Source of the DNA: a virus
DNA length: 15,042 nt
UHGV virus genome: UHGV-0217160
Direction: 5' to 3' (one strand)
This document shows, in pieces, positions 11,616-15,042 of this stretch. Below the pieces are notes generated by a model. It saw only the letters and a list, made by a program, of their open reading frames with translations. It did not search any database and was not told where the DNA came from. How positions within the stretch are numbered: the first letter of the stretch is position 1; each line of letters starts with the position of its first letter. Both the position numbers and the translations under genes were made by a program.

Positions 11616-11847
11616 CTGTTCACCACTGTTCACCCTGTCATAAATATCTTTTATATCAGTATATTATAGGGTGAACAGTTATTTATGAACTGTTCACCAA
11701 ACTATTCACTGTTCACCTTTTTGATTGTTTATTGAGCTTCAAGGGTGAACAGTGGTGAACAGTTGGTGAATAGTTTTTGTGAAACTGTTCACCCATTAAC
11801 ATTATGAATTAAAAGAGAAAATATCAAAAGGTGAACAGGTGAAGGGT
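11616..11847. repeat. Iteron-type replication origin: 9 perfect and at least 1 degenerate copy of GGTGAACAG in both orientations, with an AT-rich unwinding block
   Basis: CTGTTCACC at 11616, 11626, 11690, 11709, 11785; GGTGAACAG at 11670, 11744, 11754, 11830; GGTGAATAG at 11765. Tandem copies have 10-11 bp periodicity. AT-rich stretch at 11635-11669. Directly downstream of the primase gene. Confidence 0.8.
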
Positions 11848-11889
11848 TAAAACGCAAAAATTTTAATTTACTGCTGTGAGATAAAGCCT

Positions 11890-12135
11890 ATGACAGCGAA
11901 GCACACAAAAAAATCACAATCGCACGCCCTTGATTTGACGGAACACTGGTTAAGGGTGTCGATAAAAATCATCGACCGCAACGCCGGGGAAGGTTACGCG
12001 AAAGCACATCCCGAACTGATTAGCGCATTCATGACAACGGCGGCTGCAAACTTTGCCACTCTGACCGAACGGGAGATTGCTGAAGCGGAGGAAGTGACAA
12101 CAATCAATATTAAGTCCGGAGAGCAGGCAGCATGA
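11890..12135 (+). CDS. Hypothetical protein (81 aa)
   Basis: ATG 11890; stop overlaps the start of the SSB-like gene (ATGA). No family recognised. Confidence 0.5.
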   Translation: MTAKHTKKSQSHALDLTEHWLRVSIKIIDRNAGEGYAKAHPELISAFMTTAAANFATLTEREIAEAEEVTTINIKSGEQAA

Positions 12136-12581
12136 CGGCGCAAATATCAGTTTACGGGCGGTTGGTGGACGACCCGCAGACAAAACAGACCAGCAAGGGC
12201 ACCCCCATGACGCTGGCGCGTATGGCGGTATCACTGCCCTGCAGTCAGTCGGATGACGGTCAGGCGACGATGTGGTTATCTGTCCTGGCGTTTGGCAGAC
12301 AAGCCGACGCGCTGGCAAAGCATCACAAAGGCGAACTCCTGAGCGTGGCGGGTAACATGCAGATGAGCCAGTGGACTGGACAGAACGGCGAAACGCGGCA
12401 GGGCTGGCAGGTTATCGCAGACAGCGTAATCAGTGCGCGATCGGTGCGACCGGGCGGCAATAAAGGCCAACAGGGGCAGGCTACTGACGCACTGAACAGA
12501 GCAAAACAACAGGCAGATCAGCAAGGAAGCCAGCCACCAGTGGGAGATAATGAGCAATGGGGAGATGATATCCCGTTTTAA
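12132..12581 (+). CDS. Single-stranded DNA-binding protein-like (OB fold with SSB-type acidic C-terminal tip)
   Basis: 149 aa; N-terminal region resembles the SSB OB fold (ISVYGRLVDDPQ...MWLSVLAFGRQADALAKHHKGELLSVAGNMQMSQWTGQNGETRQGWQV), followed by a Gly/Gln-rich linker and the C-terminus DDIPF, as in E. coli SSB. Confidence 0.7.
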   Translation: MTAQISVYGRLVDDPQTKQTSKGTPMTLARMAVSLPCSQSDDGQATMWLSVLAFGRQADALAKHHKGELLSVAGNMQMSQWTGQNGETRQGWQVIADSVISARSVRPGGNKGQQGQATDALNRAKQQADQQGSQPPVGDNEQWGDDIPF

Positions 12582-12600
12582 ATATTGCCAATAAAAAAAG

Positions 12601-12624
12601 CCGGAAAAAATAAATTTTCCGGCA
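12601..12624. terminator. Perfect 9-bp-stem hairpin (GCCGGAAAA / TTTTCCGGC) between the replication module and the capsid operon
   Basis: Stem 12601-12609 pairs with 12616-12624, loop 6 nt. The A-run is 5' of the stem on the plus strand and there is no 3' U tract, so terminator function for the rightward transcript is uncertain. Confidence 0.3.
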
Positions 12625-12797
12625 TGCTACATAAATCCCGACCAAAGGGAGTGAAGATATTAACACTAATTGTCCGCACTGAAGTTGTCACCCCAAAACT
12701 TTATACAACATTGCACTCGGTTGCATGTGTTCGCATGACAAATATCGGTGATAGCATATATCCACAATTATTTTTAATGAATGCAAAGAGGATGCGT

Positions 12798-13838
12798 ATG
12801 GTTGATTTATATTCGCCTACTCAGCTTGTACAGGTGGTTAATGCTGTAGATGTACAAAAACAACTAAATGCGTTGTTTACCAGTTTGTTTTTTACTCGCT
12901 CGGTAATGTTTGAATCGCGCGATATTATTCTTGATACAATCGACGATCCAAATATCCCAATTGCAGCATTTTGTTCTCCTATGGTGGGTAGTAAAGTTTC
13001 ACGTGACGAAGGGTACGAATCAAAAACAATTCGTCCAGGCTATATGAAGCCGAAAAGCAGCATTGATCCAAATAAGTTAGCTGTGCGCCCTGCTGGTGTA
13101 TCACCTGAGCAATACAATGCTTTTGGGGCGCGTAATATTAAAGTTAAACAGGCGATTGTAAATCAAGCTAAAGCTATTCGTGCACGTATTGAATGGCTTG
13201 CCGTTCAGGCAATCACAACGGGGAAAAATATCATTGAGGGCGATGGTATTGAACGTTATGAGCTGGACTGGAATATTAAACCACAAAATATCATCACTCA
13301 GTCTGGCGGTGCTGAGTGGTCAGGTAAGGATAAAGAAACTTTTGATCCAAATGATGATATTGAGAGCTACGCAGAATTTAGTGAGGGCGTCACTAATATC
13401 ATCATTATGGGCGGTAATGTATGGAAGAAATACCGTTCATTCAGAGCGATAAAAGAGGCTCTGGATACCCGTCGTGGTTCTAATTCCGAACTGGAAACGG
13501 CCCTTAAAGACCTTGGTGATTCGGTGAGTTTTAAAGGATATATGGGCGATGTTGCGATTGTTGTTTACAGCGGGCGTTATACCGACGAGGACGGAACTGA
13601 AAAACATTTCCTTGATCCTGATTTGATGGTGCTTGGCAATACGGCTCTTCAGGGGATTGTCGCCTATGGCGGTATTCAGGATCCGGAGCTAATCCGAATG
13701 GGGCTGACTAAAGCCGAACTTGCACCGAAAAACTATATTGTGCCTGGTGATCCTGCTATTGAATATGTGCAGACACATTCAGCACCACAGCCAATACCGG
13801 CCCGCATCAATCGTTTTGTTACCGTTCGCATTGGCTAA
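12798..13838 (+). CDS. Major capsid protein, lambda gpE-family (HK97-fold), diverged island-encoded paralog
   Basis: 346 aa from ATG 12798 (AAGAGGA upstream), which aligns with the lambda E start. Alignable end to end with lambda E: MVDLYSPTQLV / MSMYTTAQLL; GYMKPK / GYVKPK; ITQSGGAEWSGKDKETFDPNDDIESYA / ITQSGGTEWSKRDKSTYDPTDDIEAYA; DTRRGSNSELETALKDLG identical over 14 of 18; GDVAIVVYSG identical. The track ORF from 12585 is a 5' over-extension through the hairpin. Confidence 0.88.
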   Translation: MVDLYSPTQLVQVVNAVDVQKQLNALFTSLFFTRSVMFESRDIILDTIDDPNIPIAAFCSPMVGSKVSRDEGYESKTIRPGYMKPKSSIDPNKLAVRPAGVSPEQYNAFGARNIKVKQAIVNQAKAIRARIEWLAVQAITTGKNIIEGDGIERYELDWNIKPQNIITQSGGAEWSGKDKETFDPNDDIESYAEFSEGVTNIIIMGGNVWKKYRSFRAIKEALDTRRGSNSELETALKDLGDSVSFKGYMGDVAIVVYSGRYTDEDGTEKHFLDPDLMVLGNTALQGIVAYGGIQDPELIRMGLTKAELAPKNYIVPGDPAIEYVQTHSAPQPIPARINRFVTVRIG

Positions 13839-13847
13839 GGGGGAGCA

Positions 13848-14189
13848 ATGGCTACTCATTACACTGAACTCATGGCTGGCACTGAAGCACTGGTGACTAC
13901 GCTGGGGATATTTTCAGCTAATAAAGGGGTAATTCCTGCATTTACGCCACTGATGCAGGAAGATGCAACAGGTGCACTGGTAGTATGGGATGGTTCGAGC
14001 GTAGGTAAAGCGGTTTATGTTTCCGCTGTACAAATCGACACCGCGAAAAAAACACAGGCTCAGGTCTATAAGACAGGTGTCTTAAATGTTGATGCTCTGA
14101 ACTGGCCTGAGTCTGTTAAAGAACTGTCAGTAAAGGTTGCAGCGTTTGTTGGCTCAGGTATTTCTGTTCAGCCGCTGGCTCGTGTGTAA
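13848..14189 (+). CDS. Head decoration protein, lambda gpD-family, diverged island-encoded paralog
   Basis: 113 aa. AFTPLMQEDATGALVVWDGSSVGKAV...VYKTGVLNVDALNWPE...AAFVGSGISV aligns with lambda [27 protein letters not shown]...[16 protein letters not shown]...[11 protein letters not shown]-rich SD AAGGGGGAG. Immediately downstream of the E-like gene, the same D/E pairing as lambda but in reverse order. Confidence 0.8.
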   Translation: MATHYTELMAGTEALVTTLGIFSANKGVIPAFTPLMQEDATGALVVWDGSSVGKAVYVSAVQIDTAKKTQAQVYKTGVLNVDALNWPESVKELSVKVAAFVGSGISVQPLARV

Positions 14190-14200
14190 AGGGGGATACA

Positions 14201-14584
14201 ATGCAGAATGATTACAATGACCTTAAGCCAATTGCCGAAATGATGTACCCGAATCAAGCTGTAGAGGAATTAAAAGCTATCGCTGACAAAATGTGTTTAA
14301 GCGAGCGCCTTGTTGATATGAATCAGGTGATGGAAATTACAACCCTGAGTCGTCGTACACTGCTAAACCTTGAGGCTAGTGGAGAGTTCCCGGAGCGTGT
14401 GCAGGTTACGGAAGGGCGTAAGGCCTGGTATTTAAGTGAAGTGATCGACTGGATAAATAATATTCCTCGCGCTTCTGAATATTGCCGCGTACCTGTCCCA
14501 AAAAAGCCAGATGCGGCGCTATGCCTCAAGATTGAGCGTGTACGCCGCAATGCACGGGATGGTCGCTATAAGCTGATTGGTTGA
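14201..14584 (+). CDS. AlpA/MerR-type winged-HTH DNA-binding protein encoded immediately upstream of cos (candidate packaging specificity or regulatory factor)
   Basis: 127 aa; MEITTLSRRTLLNLEASGEFPERVQVTEGRKAWYLSEVIDWI matches the AlpA HTH-wing pattern and parallels the Nu1 N-terminal HTH (LADIFGASIRTIQNWQEQGMPVLRGGGKGNEVLYDSAAVIKWY). SD AAAGGGGGA, like the D-like gene. Stop is 27 nt before cosQ-type sequence. Confidence 0.7.
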   Translation: MQNDYNDLKPIAEMMYPNQAVEELKAIADKMCLSERLVDMNQVMEITTLSRRTLLNLEASGEFPERVQVTEGRKAWYLSEVIDWINNIPRASEYCRVPVPKKPDAALCLKIERVRRNARDGRYKLIG

Positions 14585-14610
14585 TGAAATTAGGGCCCGC
14601 TCTGGCTGGC

Positions 14611-14810
14611 GGGTCCTTTCCGGCGATCCAGAACGTTACGGGGCGTCAGGCGCGCAGTTTTTCGCTATTTGTGAAAATTTTCCTGTTTAAGGCGTTTCCG
14701 TTCTTCTTCGCCGTAACTTAATGTTTTTATTAAAAACACCCCCTAAAAAGAAAGGAAACGACAGGTGCTAAAAACAGGCTTTTTGGCCTCTGTCGTTTCC
14801 TTTCTCTGGT
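14611..14810 (+). other. cos: cos packaging site, lambda-type: cosQ, cosN (variant 12-nt cohesive-end sequence) and cosB (R3, IHF-site region, R2, R1)
   Basis: GGGTCCTTTCCGG...GTTACG (cosQ side), then by homology the nick site between 14640 and 14641 with predicted overhang GGGCGTCAGGCG (lambda: GGGCGGCGACCT, as recalled). R3 CGTTTCCGTTCT at 14693-14704, R2 GAAAGGAAACGACA at 14749-14762, R1 TGTCGTTTCCTTTCTCT at 14791-14807. Confidence 0.8.
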
Positions 14811-14829
14811 TTTGTCCGTGGAATGAACA

Positions 14830-15042
14830 ATGGAAGCCAACAAAAAGCAGCTGGCTGACATTTTCGGTGCGAGTATCCGTACCATTCAGAACTAGCAGGA
14901 GCAGGGAATGCCCGTTCTGCGAGGCGGTGGCAAGGGTAATGAGGTGCTTTATGACTCTGCCGCCGTCATAAAATGGTATGCCGAAAGGGATGCTGAAATT
15001 GAGAACGAAAAGCTGCGCCGGGAGGTTGAAGAACTGCGGCAG
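14830..15042 (+). pseudogene. Nu1: Terminase small subunit Nu1-type, interrupted by an in-frame TAG at codon 22; 3'-partial at window end
   Basis: ATG 14830: MEANKKQLADIFGASIRTIQN, then TAG (14893-14895) where lambda Nu1 has Trp, then QEQGMPVLRGGGKGNEVLYDSAAVIKWYAERDAEIENEKLRREVEELRQ in the same frame to the window end. AGGAG at 14897-14901 precedes the in-frame ATG at 14908. Confidence 0.75.

Larger units (their letters stand above)
5584..14610. mobile_element. Satellite-type integrative island (P4/PICI-like: int, alpA, cargo, primase, iteron ori, capsid/decoration paralogs) between truncated E and cosQ
   Basis: Left boundary is where lambda-type E sequence ends (~5583/5584). Right boundary is where lambda-type cosQ sequence (GGGTCCTTTCCGG...) resumes (~14611). 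The gene content is the hallmark set of phage satellites. Boundaries are approximate; no flanking direct repeats were identified. Confidence 0.6.

Noticed and set aside
11616-11847. Possibility that the short repeats are a CRISPR array
   Set aside because: The repeats are 9-mers at one-helical-turn spacing in mixed orientation, with no uniform-length spacers and no longer repeat unit. This is an iteron pattern, not CRISPR.
12585-12797. ORF-track start at 12585 for the capsid gene (71 extra N-terminal codons)
   Set aside because: The extension runs through the 9-bp-stem hairpin and an AT-rich leader and has no counterpart in lambda E. The ATG at 12798 has a good SD and aligns with the lambda E N-terminus.
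14765-14971. 68-aa plus-strand ORF across cosB and the Nu1 start
   Set aside because: It lies in a different frame across the R1 site and the Nu1 5' end. The Nu1 frame has a recognisable translation and this one does not.

Overview
The window is a composite of two phage-derived modules. (1) Positions 1-5583 are colinear with the left arm of a coliphage-lambda-type genome: the 3' part of terminase large subunit A, then W, portal B, protease/scaffold C-Nu3, decoration protein D, a D-E intergenic hairpin, and the first 82 codons of major capsid gene E. There the lambda-type sequence stops and E runs into 9 unrelated codons and a stop. (2) Positions ~5584-14610 are a ~9 kb satellite-type island with a P4/PICI-like backbone: tyrosine integrase, AlpA regulator, an AT-rich cargo block (2-TM membrane protein, possible small Cys-rich ORF, and a leftward Arc-like RHH + SWIM zinc-finger operon with palindromic operators), a translationally coupled operon of three small ORFs ending in a P4-family primase/helicase, an iteron-type origin (9 perfect copies of GGTGAACAG), a small ORF plus an SSB-like protein, and a late-type operon encoding a diverged lambda-E-like major capsid protein, a lambda-D-like decoration protein and an AlpA/Nu1-N-terminus-like winged-HTH protein. 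(3) Positions 14611-15042 are again lambda-type: a complete cos region (cosQ, cosN, cosB R3/R2/R1) and the start of terminase small subunit Nu1, which carries an in-frame TAG at codon 22 followed by an AGGAG and an in-frame ATG. No tail, lysis, immunity, tRNA, rRNA or CRISPR features are present. The most notable reading is a small cos-packaged satellite-like element that carries its own capsid and decoration paralogs and a cos-adjacent DNA-binding protein, next to a helper-type packaging module whose capsid gene and TerS gene are both disrupted. All homology statements rest on reading the translated ORFs and on recollection of lambda, P4 and PICI biology; no database search was run.
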